Sequence record: MT446413.1
Direction: 5' to 3' (one strand)
Length of the DNA stretch: 64,000 bases
From: Escherichia virus TH42
In this document: in pieces, positions 38,603-49,800 of the stretch
Position numbering within the stretch: the stretch's first letter is position 1
Layout of the letters: the number at the start of each line of letters is the position of its first letter
The notes under the pieces: generated by a model
What the model saw: only the letters and a program-made list of their open reading frames with translations
Databases searched by the model: none
What the model was told of the DNA's origin: nothing
Translations under genes and position numbers: made by a program

Positions 38603-39405
38603 CAGTTGACAGCGTAACTGTTAGCCCTGCGTCAGTGGCAAGTCTACTGACCGGGGCTACCCAACAGTTTACAGCTCAAGCAGAACTAAGCGACGGCTCC
38701 ACATCAACTACTGGCTTTGATTGGTCAGTATCCGGTGGTGGGGCTATTTCTGCTTCTGGACTGTTCACTGCTCCGGGTTCGCCTCAAACCGCTGATATCA
38801 CAGTGACTGCTACGCTTAAAGGTGTATCAAGTACTGCCGTTATTTCGGAAATTAAAGCTCCAATCCCTGACCCAGCTTCCATTGCTGTAACTGGGGGTGG
38901 TCTAACTGGTGATACTCTCACCATAACTGTTCCAGATGCTACCAGCCTGACTGCTTCTGTATCTCCTGCTGGTGCACCTCAAGGTGTTACTTGGGAAATT
39001 GCAGATCCGACTAAGGCTACGGTAACAACTGCTGGTCGTGTAACTGCTGTTGCAGCAGGTAGCACTACCCTTACAGTTAAATCTTCTACTAAACCTTCTG
39101 TCACTAAAGTGATTAATGTTGTTGTCAACCCCCAGCCTCCAACTATCGCGGCTAAAGCTGCTATTACTGGAAAATCTGGTGGAGACAGTGTCGCTTTTAC
39201 AGACATGTTTACTGTTCAACGCTCAGCTGCTAGTGACTATAATTTTGTAGTAACTCCATCTGCTGCTGGTACAGTGAATGCTGCTGGTCAGCTCACTTTA
39301 GCTGGTACGGCTAGCGGTAACGTAACTGTTAAAGCTACTCATAAAACTCAGACCTCAGTAACTGCAACTTCTACTATCACTGTTGTGGAATCAGGGTTAC
39401 CCTGA
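37544..39405 (+). CDS. predicted capsid-Ig-like fusion produced by -1 programmed ribosomal frameshift at 38584-38590
   Basis: -1 frame ORF 38512..39405 encodes Big_2-type Ig-like repeats and has no start context of its own; G_GGA_AAG heptamer 12 nt before capsid stop; stem-loop 38600-38623. Confidence 0.45.
38584..38623 (+). other. -1 frameshift signal (slippery heptamer GGGAAAG plus downstream 8-bp stem-loop)
   Basis: GGGAAAG at 38584-38590 in capsid zero frame (G GGA AAG); hairpin TAACAGTT/AACTGTTA with 8-nt loop starting 9 nt downstream. Confidence 0.5.
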
Positions 39406-39467
39406 GAACTGACCTAGGTTCTACAGTGTTCAAAACTTACACCATTAAATCTGGTGCTTAAAACTAA

Positions 39468-39492
39468 GGCTGCCTTCGGGTGGCCTTTTCTC
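39468..39492 (+). terminator. intrinsic terminator after capsid/Ig-like ORF
   Basis: GGCUGCC-UUCG-GGUGGCC then UUUUCUCAUUUU. Confidence 0.55.
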
Positions 39493-39519
39493 ATTTTAAG
39501 ACCCTTATAAGGAGATATG

Positions 39520-39528
39520 TAATGTATT
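39520..39528 (+). promoter_or_regulatory. candidate phage-sigma-dependent promoter motif (TAATGTATT)
   Basis: TAATGTATA-like motif ~35 nt upstream of 39562 gene, just after capsid terminator. Confidence 0.35.
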
Positions 39529-39561
39529 CTCTTTGTCTATACATAACTAGGAGGACACACT

Positions 39562-40308
39562 ATGGCAATGCCTGAAGTTCAGTATCCTATCAATACCTAT
39601 GGCTGGCTTAAAAAGGCTGTGTCACTCTGGGCCGATAGGGATGATGGTGAATTTGTAGATCAAATTCCAAACTTTATTAACTTTGCAGAGAAAGAAATCT
39701 ATCGTAACTTACGAATCCCTCCTCTGGAAAAAGAAGTATATTTAGATATCAAGGATGGTATTGCTTTTATCCCTCCTGACTTTTTAGAAGCACAGTGGAT
39801 TATGAGAGCTTCAAATGGAATGATGTTCAGAGTAACCTCTCCTGAAGAACTTGACTGGTTGAAGAGAAATAACTCAGTCAACCCATCCAATTGGAATCAA
39901 GGGGAAGTTGTTTTTGCTCGTTTAGGTAGTCGGTTTATGTTCTACCCTCTAATTGATGCAGATACTCCTGTTTATCCTGATGATGGAGCACCTGAAATCC
40001 CTGCTGAGAATGCTGTAGTTTTAAGTTATTATGCAGACCCACCGGAGTTCCACTCTGATGAAGATACCAGTGCTATTCTAACTATTGCTCCTGAGCTGCT
40101 TCTATATTTTACTCTGCGTCATGCTTCTTTATTCGTTCAAGATGATAATGGAGTTCAAAAGTGGTCAGCACTTGGTAAAGCAATCCTTGACGAGATTGTG
40201 GAGCAGAGTAAGAAAGCAGAATACTCAGGTTCCCCTCTAGTAATCCCTAATACTATTAGCCGTCTTAATAGCTCACGAGAAGTGTACGGCATTCGTAGAT
40301 ACAGATAA
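39562..40308 (+). CDS. virion structural protein (head-tail joining or tail tube candidate)
   Basis: 248 aa ORF between capsid and tail fibre genes. Confidence 0.45.
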   Translation: MAMPEVQYPINTYGWLKKAVSLWADRDDGEFVDQIPNFINFAEKEIYRNLRIPPLEKEVYLDIKDGIAFIPPDFLEAQWIMRASNGMMFRVTSPEELDWLKRNNSVNPSNWNQGEVVFARLGSRFMFYPLIDADTPVYPDDGAPEIPAENAVVLSYYADPPEFHSDEDTSAILTIAPELLLYFTLRHASLFVQDDNGVQKWSALGKAILDEIVEQSKKAEYSGSPLVIPNTISRLNSSREVYGIRRYR

Positions 40309-40317
40309 GGAGAACAT

Positions 40318-42951
40318 ATGATCGTTTATAACAACCAAGAACCTACTACAGTAAATAATGTAGGCCAATTTGGTGCAACAGAAGGCTCTATCGGAGCCTA
40401 TAAACAAGCAGCTGAGTATGCTGCTGATTCTAAATATTGGGCACTTTTAGCTGAGTCTAAGTTTGGTACAGTTGATGATCTTATTGCTGAAGTAGAGAAA
40501 CTTTATAAGCAAGGTATTCTATTACAGCAAGATATTGAAGATCTGAAACAGGACTTTAAAGATCAAGATGCTCGACTGATGCAACTGATTGCACAGACTA
40601 ACGCAGCTGTTGCTAATGCTAACAACTCTATTGCTTTGATTAACCAAAAACTGATTGAAGTCGATCAGCAACTTGATATCCTGTTGGCTATGAAAGTTAC
40701 AGTGACCACTCTTCCTCCGGGTTCTGAAGCTACTGGTTCTTTCAATAACCAAACTGGTGAAATCAAGCTAGGTATTCCTGAAGGTGAGCCGGGTCGTGAT
40801 GGTTCTGTAACCGACTTAAACACTGCCCCAACGGGGGTTCCAGAAGCAGGGGATATTGGTTTTTATGTTGACCCTGATGACAACAAAGTGTATAAAACCA
40901 GCCTCAGTAATATCGCTAACTTAATCCCTTCTGTTCGTTCTATCAAAGTTAATGATGGTCCAGAACAAACTGGAGATGTAGCCCTTACTCTTGATAAGAA
41001 CGTTGTTGGCCTAGGTAACGTTCTGAACGTTGCTCAATATAGTCGTCAAGAGATTAATGACAAATTCGATAAACCTATTAAAATATATCAAACTAAAGCT
41101 GATGCTGATGCAAATGCTCAATATCGTCAAACAGGCGAATCTGTTATGGTTTGGGAAAACACTCAATATGTTTTCTACACCGTTTCAGCTAATAAAACAC
41201 TAATTCCAGCTAAAACCGAAGGTCGTATTATTACAGTTAACTCACGATCTCCTGACTCATCTGGCAACATTGATATTACTATTCCTACAGGGAACCCTTC
41301 TTTGTATCTCGGTGAGATGGTTATGTTCCCATATGACCCAGCTAAGAATATCTCTTACCCCGGTGTACTACCTGCTGATGGTCGCTTGGTTTCTAAGGAA
41401 AGTGCTTTAGATTTAGGTCCATCTTTGGTCAGTGGCCAATTACCAGTAGTTAGTGAAACTGAATGGCAGTCCGGTGCTAAGCAGTATTTCTCTTGGGGTA
41501 AACTGGCTGATGGTTTTACTGATGCAGACTCTAGCAACTTCATCAGCATCCGACTTCCAGATTGGACTGGTGGGGAAGCTATTCGTGCTCCAGACGCTGA
41601 CAAAGATTCTCAATATGACGGGTCTGTTCAATCTCAGAAACCTTATGTGGTTACTGTTAACAATCAAGCTCCTGATGAAGCTACAGGTAATGTTACTATT
41701 TCTAGAACTACTCTAGGAGCTGCTTCTTCTGGTGCAAACTCAGACATAACCTCTATTACAGGACTTACGACTGCTCTCTCTGTTTCTCAGGGTGGTACAG
41801 GTGGTAAGACAGCAACCGAAGCCCGTGGAAATTTAGGGTTGGATAAGATTGATCAACAGGAATCTGAAACTAAGATTTTATCCCCTGACAAAAGTACTTA
41901 CATGTTTGTAGATAATGCCGGCTGGGGTTGTTATAATAACACAACAGGAACAGTTGCACTTACTGTAGAACGTGGAGGCACTGGAGCTACTGATGCTGCT
42001 ATCGCTAGAACAAATTTAGGCCTTGGCTCAATTTCTACCTTAAGCAACGTCCCTGTTGCTAGTGGTGGTACAGGTGCAACTAATGCAGCTGGAGCAAGAA
42101 CTAATCTTGGATTAGGGAACATCTCTACACTAAATAACGTCCCTGTTGCTAGTGGTGGTACAGGTGCAACTAATGCAGCTGGAGCAAGAACTAATCTTGG
42201 ATTAGGCAACTCAGCCACAATGAACACTGGAACAAATAGTGATAACGTTCTTAAGGTAGGTGATTTTGGTATTGGGAGACCTGATGGTGCTTTAGTTTTT
42301 GATACAACGTCCCAAGACGCCCTTCTTGCATCACTTGGCAACTACGGTCTTAGTGTCTTTAGAAATAACCAACAAATTCCAGCTCCTTGGGACATATGGA
42401 ATTATTCCTCAAACCTTTTCTTTAAGGCAGGTGATACGTACAGTATGATAAGTATCCCATTTGAGAGTGCTGGCAAGATAAAAGTTTTTGGTGGTGCTGA
42501 GGGGCAGGGATGGAAAACTTCGAGGACGGTATACGATACCGTAAATACAACTGTTGACGTCAATGGTTTTATTAAAGCAGCGTCACCAATAGTAAAAGTG
42601 TTTCATGATGGAAGTTTTGAAACAAATGAACAATCAGATGGAGTTAGTGTTAAAAGAATTTCAGCTGGAGTGTATTTAGTTTCAGGATGCCTAGGTCTCA
42701 ATTCAGATGCAGGGTGGGGTGGGGTTAATGGTGGTTTTGAGATACCGTGTGATATTAACAAACAAGCGAAAGTATGGCTTGATTACGAAGTGAAAGAAGA
42801 TGGTTCTATTCTGGTAAAAACTTACCACAGAACACATCCTACTTCTCCCGTCTTTGCTCGTAATGAGATTGAAGGATATTCTGATGGGGACCCTATTGAC
42901 ATACCGAAAGATACTTTCATCTCTGTTCGTATTGAAATGCCATCTAAGTAA
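40318..42951 (+). CDS. tail fibre protein
   Basis: 877 aa; four copies of the phage tail-fibre repeat GGTG-x-T-x-A-x-AR-x-NLGL, two of them near-identical at DNA level. Confidence 0.6.
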   Translation: MIVYNNQEPTTVNNVGQFGATEGSIGAYKQAAEYAADSKYWALLAESKFGTVDDLIAEVEKLYKQGILLQQDIEDLKQDFKDQDARLMQLIAQTNAAVANANNSIALINQKLIEVDQQLDILLAMKVTVTTLPPGSEATGSFNNQTGEIKLGIPEGEPGRDGSVTDLNTAPTGVPEAGDIGFYVDPDDNKVYKTSLSNIANLIPSVRSIKVNDGPEQTGDVALTLDKNVVGLGNVLNVAQYSRQEINDKFDKPIKIYQTKADADANAQYRQTGESVMVWENTQYVFYTVSANKTLIPAKTEGRIITVNSRSPDSSGNIDITIPTGNPSLYLGEMVMFPYDPAKNISYPGVLPADGRLVSKESALDLGPSLVSGQLPVVSETEWQSGAKQYFSWGKLADGFTDADSSNFISIRLPDWTGGEAIRAPDADKDSQYDGSVQSQKPYVVTVNNQAPDEATGNVTISRTTLGAASSGANSDITSITGLTTALSVSQGGTGGKTATEARGNLGLDKIDQQESETKILSPDKSTYMFVDNAGWGCYNNTTGTVALTVERGGTGATDAAIARTNLGLGSISTLSNVPVASGGTGATNAAGARTNLGLGNISTLNNVPVASGGTGATNAAGARTNLGLGNSATMNTGTNSDNVLKVGDFGIGRPDGALVFDTTSQDALLASLGNYGLSVFRNNQQIPAPWDIWNYSSNLFFKAGDTYSMISIPFESAGKIKVFGGAEGQGWKTSRTVYDTVNTTVDVNGFIKAASPIVKVFHDGSFETNEQSDGVSVKRISAGVYLVSGCLGLNSDAGWGGVNGGFEIPCDINKQAKVWLDYEVKEDGSILVKTYHRTHPTSPVFARNEIEGYSDGDPIDIPKDTFISVRIEMPSK
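42050..42210 (+). repeat. near-identical tandem DNA repeat inside tail fibre gene
   Basis: cgtccctgttgctagtggtggtacaggtgcaactaatgcagctggagcaagaactaatcttggattagg occurs twice ~90 nt apart. Confidence 0.5.
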
Positions 42952-42996
42952 AACTAAGAATGCCCTCTCTTCAGAGGGCTTTATGGAGGATTATAA

Positions 42997-45174
42997 ATGT
43001 CTAGAGAGTTAATGCCCAAGTCTGGGATAATGATGCCTCATGTTGTAGTATCACGAGATGCTGCTGTTGTCGGTGTATCTACTGTTGATGGTGCCGCTGG
43101 CGCTATCGACCTAACTAATAAATATTTACAGAAGACTGCAGCTGAAAACACCTATATGACAAAAACTGAAGGTGCTACTAAGGTTTATGTTTCAGACTCT
43201 ATTGCCCCTATTATGGAAGGTGCTCTGTTTAAATCTGATCCTTTTGTAGCTAATGATGTACCATTCCGTGCTGCTGGGGCTAATGGTGTAGAGTCTGTCG
43301 ATATGATTAAAGTTACACCAGAGAACACTATCAAAATCGGTAGCTACGCTTCTTCTGTTCAGGGTGTAGAAGTTCACACTGCTGGTCGTCTTCAGGTTGT
43401 GGATTTGAATGACGGTGGTGTAGAAACTAAATATCCTGTCTACTCAAAACGGTATCGTCCTGAGATTGATGAACTTCCTTTTGCAGCGATCGGTTCATAT
43501 GTCAAGGATTCTAAAGGACGCACTATTGGTGTAACTCGTACTGGTATCAACTCTGATATAACTCAGATGACTCAGAAAGTAACCTTCACACAACCAGTAA
43601 CTGTTGCAGATGCTGTAGGAGATTATGATGCAGTTACCTACCGTCAACTTAAGAATCAGGGTGGTGGTTCTGGTGGTCCTACCATGAGTGGTATCTCCAA
43701 CTTTGGTATTGGTGATTTCCATCTTCGTGATAGTCGTGCTTTCATTCCTGCATTCGAAGTTGTATCCGATGGTCAGCTACTGAATCGTGCTGATTACCCT
43801 GATCTTTGGGCTTATGCCCAGCTGTTAACTCCTATCACAGATGCTGCTTGGTTGGCTGATGCACAGCAACGAGGTAAATATTCAACTGGTGATGGTTCTA
43901 CTACCTTCCGTGTTCCTGATAGGAATGGTGTTCAGAGTGGCTCTCTGAAAGAACTCTTTGCTCGTGGTGATGGTGGTAATAGTAGTAATAATGGAATGGC
44001 TTATGATGCGGCACTTCCTAACATCGTAGGTTACACTGCCCACACTCTTTTAACTGCTGCGAGTAATCAAGGACAGGTTGCTACCGATGGAGCTTTTACC
44101 TCTACAACCTCAACCTCAGGTGTTTGGCCTTTGTCTGGCGGCGGCGGTCTTTATACCAACATTCAGCTTAACGCTAACAACAGTGATGCTACTTATGGTC
44201 GCTACGGAATCACAGCGAATGCTATCCCTCGTAACTTCATTGGTGTTTGGACTATCCGTGCTCATGGTGGGTTTGTAGCAGCTAATACTTCTTGGGCTGT
44301 TATTAACAGTGATACCTCTCGACCTTCAGCTGGTTCAAAAGCGACTGGTGGTTCTATCTTATCTCAGTATAAAATAGGCTCTGATGTAGAAGCTGAGACT
44401 TACTTGAAAACTGATGCTTATATCAACGGAACTTACTACGGAGTTATTGGTGTTATTAACAAAACCAAAGGAGTGACTTCTGAGCTAACCTTTGGTGATG
44501 ATGGCATCCTAAACTCTAACAAATACAGAGCAAGGCAAGTCTCGGGTTTGAGTTGGAATAATACAGGAGTTGAGAAGGGTACTTATGCAATTGAAGATGT
44601 TAACATAGGAACTAACTATAACTTCAACAGTATAATCAGTGCTGCACAATCTTCTAATTCTGGTTACAGAACTTCTACTCATATCGGTCAAATTCATAAT
44701 GACGGTGGCTCTTTTGCTCAATCCTGCTGGCATGTATCAGGAGATGAAACTAACCAATATGGTGTTCGTCTTGCCATCCAACCTAACTATGAAGATATTT
44801 ATTACTACTTCTGGGCACCAGATGTTTCTCGAACCTACACTCTTCAGAAGAATGCTGTCTCTGATGAACGTCTTAAGCGTGACATTTACGATCTTGATGC
44901 GTCTAGGCCTATTGAAATTTTGAAAGGTTTGACTTTCCGTTCCTTTGTCTATAAGGATGATGAAAAGCAGAGAACTCGTCGTGGTGTTATTGCACAGGAG
45001 GCAGAGAAGGTAGAACCTCTGTATGTTAAGACGATTAACTTCTATGACCCTGATGGTAGCAAGAAAGATCAGAAACAGCTGGATACAACTCCTATGCTTC
45101 TTGATACAATGGCGGTAGTTCAAGACCTCCTAAAACGTGTTGAAGAGTTAGAAGCTAAACTGGCTGCTAAGTAA
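42997..45174 (+). CDS. tail fibre/spike with C-terminal intramolecular chaperone (peptidase S74-type) domain
   Basis: 725 aa; C-terminus SDERLKRDIYDL...GVIAQEAEKVEPLYV...coiled coil; terminator follows. Confidence 0.7.
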   Translation: MSRELMPKSGIMMPHVVVSRDAAVVGVSTVDGAAGAIDLTNKYLQKTAAENTYMTKTEGATKVYVSDSIAPIMEGALFKSDPFVANDVPFRAAGANGVESVDMIKVTPENTIKIGSYASSVQGVEVHTAGRLQVVDLNDGGVETKYPVYSKRYRPEIDELPFAAIGSYVKDSKGRTIGVTRTGINSDITQMTQKVTFTQPVTVADAVGDYDAVTYRQLKNQGGGSGGPTMSGISNFGIGDFHLRDSRAFIPAFEVVSDGQLLNRADYPDLWAYAQLLTPITDAAWLADAQQRGKYSTGDGSTTFRVPDRNGVQSGSLKELFARGDGGNSSNNGMAYDAALPNIVGYTAHTLLTAASNQGQVATDGAFTSTTSTSGVWPLSGGGGLYTNIQLNANNSDATYGRYGITANAIPRNFIGVWTIRAHGGFVAANTSWAVINSDTSRPSAGSKATGGSILSQYKIGSDVEAETYLKTDAYINGTYYGVIGVINKTKGVTSELTFGDDGILNSNKYRARQVSGLSWNNTGVEKGTYAIEDVNIGTNYNFNSIISAAQSSNSGYRTSTHIGQIHNDGGSFAQSCWHVSGDETNQYGVRLAIQPNYEDIYYYFWAPDVSRTYTLQKNAVSDERLKRDIYDLDASRPIEILKGLTFRSFVYKDDEKQRTRRGVIAQEAEKVEPLYVKTINFYDPDGSKKDQKQLDTTPMLLDTMAVVQDLLKRVEELEAKLAAK

Positions 45175-45180
45175 AGGACT

Positions 45181-45198
45181 GCCCCTTCGGGGGCTTTT
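45181..45198 (+). terminator. intrinsic terminator after tail fibre gene
   Basis: GCCCC-UUCG-GGGGC then UUUU. Confidence 0.55.
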
Positions 45199-45267
45199 AG
45201 AAGTTAAATTAGTGAATAGGTAATGAAACTAATATATCTAAAAGGATAAACACATAGGAGAAAGAAG

Positions 45268-45486
45268 ATGAAATTAATGAAACAAATCACATATGGACTG
45301 GCTTGCTTAGGTACCGGTTTTGTAGTATCTACAGCAATCCCTGTTAGTGCTGTCAGCTCCCATTCAGTTATTGAAGCTCCAGTAGAAAAACTTAGCGCTG
45401 AATGTAAGCAAAGAACTATCCAGAATAATCTCGTAGTTATTTGTCCAGATGCCCAATCTTCAGCGTTGAGAAAAGTTCTACCTTGA
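45268..45486 (+). CDS. small secreted/membrane protein
   Basis: 72 aa; N-terminal hydrophobic segment ITYGLACLGTGFVVSTAIPVSAV; directly upstream of lysozyme. Confidence 0.4.
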   Translation: MKLMKQITYGLACLGTGFVVSTAIPVSAVSSHSVIEAPVEKLSAECKQRTIQNNLVVICPDAQSSALRKVLP

Positions 45487-45514
45487 TACAATAATAAAAA
45501 TAGAGGAGGTCAAG

Positions 45515-46006
45515 ATGGACGCTATCGCATTGCCACCTGTACAGCATAATTTAAGTCCTGAGGGTTTGGAGTTCATTATGAAGCATGAAGGTATGAGAAC
45601 CCGTGCTTATCAAGACTCCGCTGGCATATGGACTATATGTGTCGGAGCAACGCGCGATATGAATGGGTATCCAGTCAGAAAAGGATTAACGTATTCTATA
45701 GAGGATTGTTTGATATTACTAGATCGTGACACTCAAGACTCTGTTCGTGCTACTCAGAAAAATATAAGGGTTCCTTTGTTTACTAATGAGTTTGATGCTT
45801 TAACCTCTTTCAACTTTAATGTTGGTGGTACAGCTCTCGCTACTTCTAAACTAAGGAAAGTGATCAACGGAGATGTTAGAGGTGATGTTTACTCTGAGTT
45901 TTTGCGTTGGGATAAAATAACAGTCAGAGGTGTAAAACAACAGAGTCCGGGACTTCACAACCGAAGGGTTGCAGAAGCAGACCTATACACCACAGGTAAA
46001 TACTAA
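45515..46006 (+). CDS. T4-type lysozyme (GH24)
   Basis: 163 aa; catalytic region EGMRTRAYQDSAGIWTICVGAT. Confidence 0.75.
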   Translation: MDAIALPPVQHNLSPEGLEFIMKHEGMRTRAYQDSAGIWTICVGATRDMNGYPVRKGLTYSIEDCLILLDRDTQDSVRATQKNIRVPLFTNEFDALTSFNFNVGGTALATSKLRKVINGDVRGDVYSEFLRWDKITVRGVKQQSPGLHNRRVAEADLYTTGKY

Positions 46007-46018
46007 TGGAGGTGCCTT

Positions 46019-46822
46019 TTGGCTATTGAAACTACAGCGGTAGTAACTACCGATTTAAACCCCCTGTACCCTCGTGACAGGGATTATATTTATGAAGGGG
46101 CGGCTCAACTCCGCCTTATCAAACAAGTCTTGATTAACACATTCCCTAACATCACTGAACCAGTGAACCTTTCTTCTGAATCCTTTAAGGCTTTGTCAGA
46201 GAAAATCACTTTTACTGGTGATGCTATGGATGTTGGTAATCTGATGATTAAAAACCTGACTCCGGGCACTGGTGATAAAGATGCTGTAACCAAAGGTCAG
46301 ATGGAAGCTTTCATGTTGAATTGGATGCAGAATAAACTATATCGTATTGGTGCTTACTACATCACTGAAGAAGATATTAACCCCGGTGATTCTAGCTCTC
46401 TCGGCTTTGGCTCTTGGGCTAAAGTTACTGGTGTTGTTATGGGTACTGGTGTTGTCAACCCCGATGGGTCTGTTCCTAACGCCCAACGTGTTGAGTTCCA
46501 AGCAGGCGGTACAGGTGGTCGTGTGTTTAATACAGTTCGTACTGAGAATATGCCTCTAACTACAATCAATGGTTCTAGTTTCCAAGTTAGCTCCTACTCT
46601 CACGCACACAACATTACGATGGGCCGAGGGGATGCTAGTGGTCATAACAGCAGCCCTAACTGGTATAGTCCGGGTGGTGGTTATACTCAAGTAACTGACA
46701 CAAACACTCACTCACACTCAATCTCAGGTTCTGTTAGTTTTGGTTATGATGACATTTCTCGTCAACCTATCAACACATTACCGCCATTCCGAGCAGCACA
46801 TATTTGGAGACGTATTAGCTAA
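46019..46822 (+). CDS. tail protein (fibre/baseplate-like)
   Basis: 267 aa; GDKDAVTKGQM motif common in tail-fibre N-termini; Gly/Ser-rich C-terminus. Confidence 0.5.
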   Translation: MAIETTAVVTTDLNPLYPRDRDYIYEGAAQLRLIKQVLINTFPNITEPVNLSSESFKALSEKITFTGDAMDVGNLMIKNLTPGTGDKDAVTKGQMEAFMLNWMQNKLYRIGAYYITEEDINPGDSSSLGFGSWAKVTGVVMGTGVVNPDGSVPNAQRVEFQAGGTGGRVFNTVRTENMPLTTINGSSFQVSSYSHAHNITMGRGDASGHNSSPNWYSPGGGYTQVTDTNTHSHSISGSVSFGYDDISRQPINTLPPFRAAHIWRRIS

Positions 46823-46831
46823 GGAGGTAGC

Positions 46832-49800
46832 ATGGCTCTCTATCCAATTAAATCACTAGGCGCAGTTGGGGTTATCGCTGACCAAGCACCTACTGACTTA
46901 GCACCAAATGCTTTCACTAACGCTATTAATGCTCGGTTTGTTGAGCAGAGGGTCTTTAAGACGGGGGGCAATGCCCCTCTTTCTTATGTAGACGAAGATA
47001 AAGATCTGACTCCTCTCTCATTCCTTTCAATGCCTTTCGACTATTATAGCGCAGGTAATAGCTTTCTTGTGGTAGGTACAGATAAGAAACTGTATAAACT
47101 TACCGACGAGAGTTTAACTGATATCAGCCGTAAGGTTGCTACAGCGACAAAGAAAGCATCAGCGACAATTAAGATTTATCCAGTAGTCTCAAATATTGTT
47201 CCTAAAGAGACTTCTGTATCTATGAATTTTAACCAGACCAAGATTCTCGAAGTTGAAGTCACCCCTACAGATGCTCAAAATGCTAATCTAGTTTGGGAAG
47301 TAAGCAACTCTTCTTACGGCAGTATTGAAGTTGACCCTACTGACTCCAAGAAGGCTACCCTAACTTCTAAGTCTGTTGAAGGTAATTTAGTTGTGACAGT
47401 GAGCACATCTGATGAATCTATCTCAGCTCAGATTGCAGTTAATATCATTGATGGTGATTCAGGTATCTATTTGAGCCAAGACACTTTGACTATGCGTAAA
47501 GGTGGTACATCAACCCTTACAGCAATTACAGGCAAACCGTCTGTAACTTGGTCTTCCTCTAACCCATCGTTAGTTTCTGTTTCTCCTAATGCTAATACAA
47601 AGACAGTTGTTCTTACAGCTCTTGGAGAAGGACAGGTAACTATAACTGCTGATAATGAGACAAAGACTGCATCTTGTATAGTAACAGCAATACCTCAAAT
47701 TGATAGCATCACATTAAGTCAGACAGATATTCAAATGAGCCGTGGTACTCAGTACATCCTAACTGCAACAGTTAGTCCAGCTAACGCACCCAACCAAACA
47801 ATCACTTGGACTTCTTCTAATACCAACATTGCTACAGTAAGTGGTACAGGTACAGAAGCTACAATAACTGGATTGCTTGCAGGGTATACAGAGATTACAG
47901 CAGTTACAGCGGAAGGAGGTCGTTCAGCAGTTTGTACTGTACGTGTTGATTTATCTTCTCGTCTGGCAAGTAGGGCTATGTCAGCAATGACTATCACTAC
48001 AGAAGCTCCTGTAGAAGAACCAATGGTTGGCTCAGAAGAGGTAACATACTTCGACACTGATAACATTGGTATTGATACGACAGGAATGGCAGAAGGGAAT
48101 AACTTCTACGACTACTCTAACGTCATGGACTTGGAAGGTTTTGGTAGAGCAGCAATGCTTGCTAATGATCCACCTTTGACTGGAGTTACTCTTGATGTTA
48201 TTGATGCCTCTCTTGATGTAGGTGAAGAGATTGTTATCACAGCTACAGCATCTCCTACTGGAAGCTATACTTACAAGTGGACAGTTGATAAGAGTGGTTA
48301 TGTTTCTACTACTTCTACAACTGACTCAACTTTGAAACTTACTGCTATTCGTAAGGGTGAGGTTAAAGTGACTTGTACTGTAAGCCAGATGGTTCAGAAA
48401 GACTATGATGCGTTTGAAGATTATCCTTGGTATCATGCGATCATCTCTAACTGTGCAGTAGCAACTACTCACTACGAAACTCCTCAGGTTAAGGAATTCG
48501 ATTCTGAATACTTCACTGATCTTCCGGGATGGGGTGAGCAGACGGTTGTTGATGCAGATGGTAATCCTTCTGTTAAGAAGTATAACTGGAAATGTGAACG
48601 AGTGAGAGCTTTTAACAATAGACTGTTTGCTCTGAATATGAGAGAGTCTAATGCCTCTGGTGTTACTACTCACTACCCTCTTCGTTTGCGTTGGTCTAAC
48701 TTTGCAGAGGAAAACAAAGCCCCTCAGCTTTGGGATGATTATGCATATGACCGAGCAGTGAGTTCTGACCTAGCAGCTAACATCGTAGGACAGACAGAAG
48801 CTCTTGAGAATGGTTATGCAGGATATATTGATTTGGCTGACTCTAATGGTAGTTTGTTAGATGTTCTTCCTCTGAAAGATTATCTGTTCGTTTACACTGA
48901 GTTTGAAACTTATATCGGCTCTCCTACCAACAACACCTATCAGCCTTTGATGTTTAAAAAGCTGTTTAACGATTCAGGAATACTTGCTCCTGAGTGTGTG
49001 GTGGAAGTTGAAGGTGGTCACTTTGTGGTAACTCAGAACGACGTCATTCTACACAATGGTGCTTCTAAGAAATCTATTGCTTCTAACCGAGTGAAGAACA
49101 TGCTCATTAATGAGATTTGTCTGGTGAACCCAATTGCTACACGAGTTCATCTTCATCAGGATAAGAAAGAAGTATGGGTTCTTTATGTAGGTCCGGGTGA
49201 GCCTAAGGAAAGTTTTGCCTGTACTAAAGCAGCAGTATGGAATTATGAGTTCGACACTTGGTCTTTCCGTACGATTCCTTATTCTTATTGTATCGGTCTT
49301 GTTGATCCTCCGGTTCTGGAACGCGGTCCTATCTGGGCTGATTTCCAAGAGATCACTTGGGATGACCCTTCGATTGACAAACTGGTGTGGAGAAAAGATG
49401 CAACTAACTTCCGTCAGCGAGTTACAATCATAGGTTCTTTCTTGAAAGGATTCTACCAAGTTGATATAGGAGCTTTGGATTATATCTATGACAGAACAAA
49501 CGATGTGGTTATAGAGAAGCCTCTGGAAATGAGACTAGAGAGAACGGGGATTGATTTTGATAACGTCACTAATGAATGGAATCAGAAACACATTAACCGA
49601 TTTAGACCTCAAGTAACAGGAACGGGGACTTATACTTTTGAAGCAGGTGGTAGTCAATTCTCTAATGAGTATGGACACAACCACTCTACTAAAGAGTTTA
49701 GGGTTGGTGTGGATCGTCACGTAGCAGTCAGACTGAACCATCCATACCTATTCTATAATGTTATAGATAATGATGTTAACAGTAATGCGTCTATGAATGG

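Noticed and set aside
38512-39405. Ig-like ORF as an independent gene starting at its track start codon
   Set aside because: Its first 90 nt lie inside the capsid gene in another frame with no ribosome-binding site; the slippery heptamer and stem-loop make a frameshift extension the better explanation.
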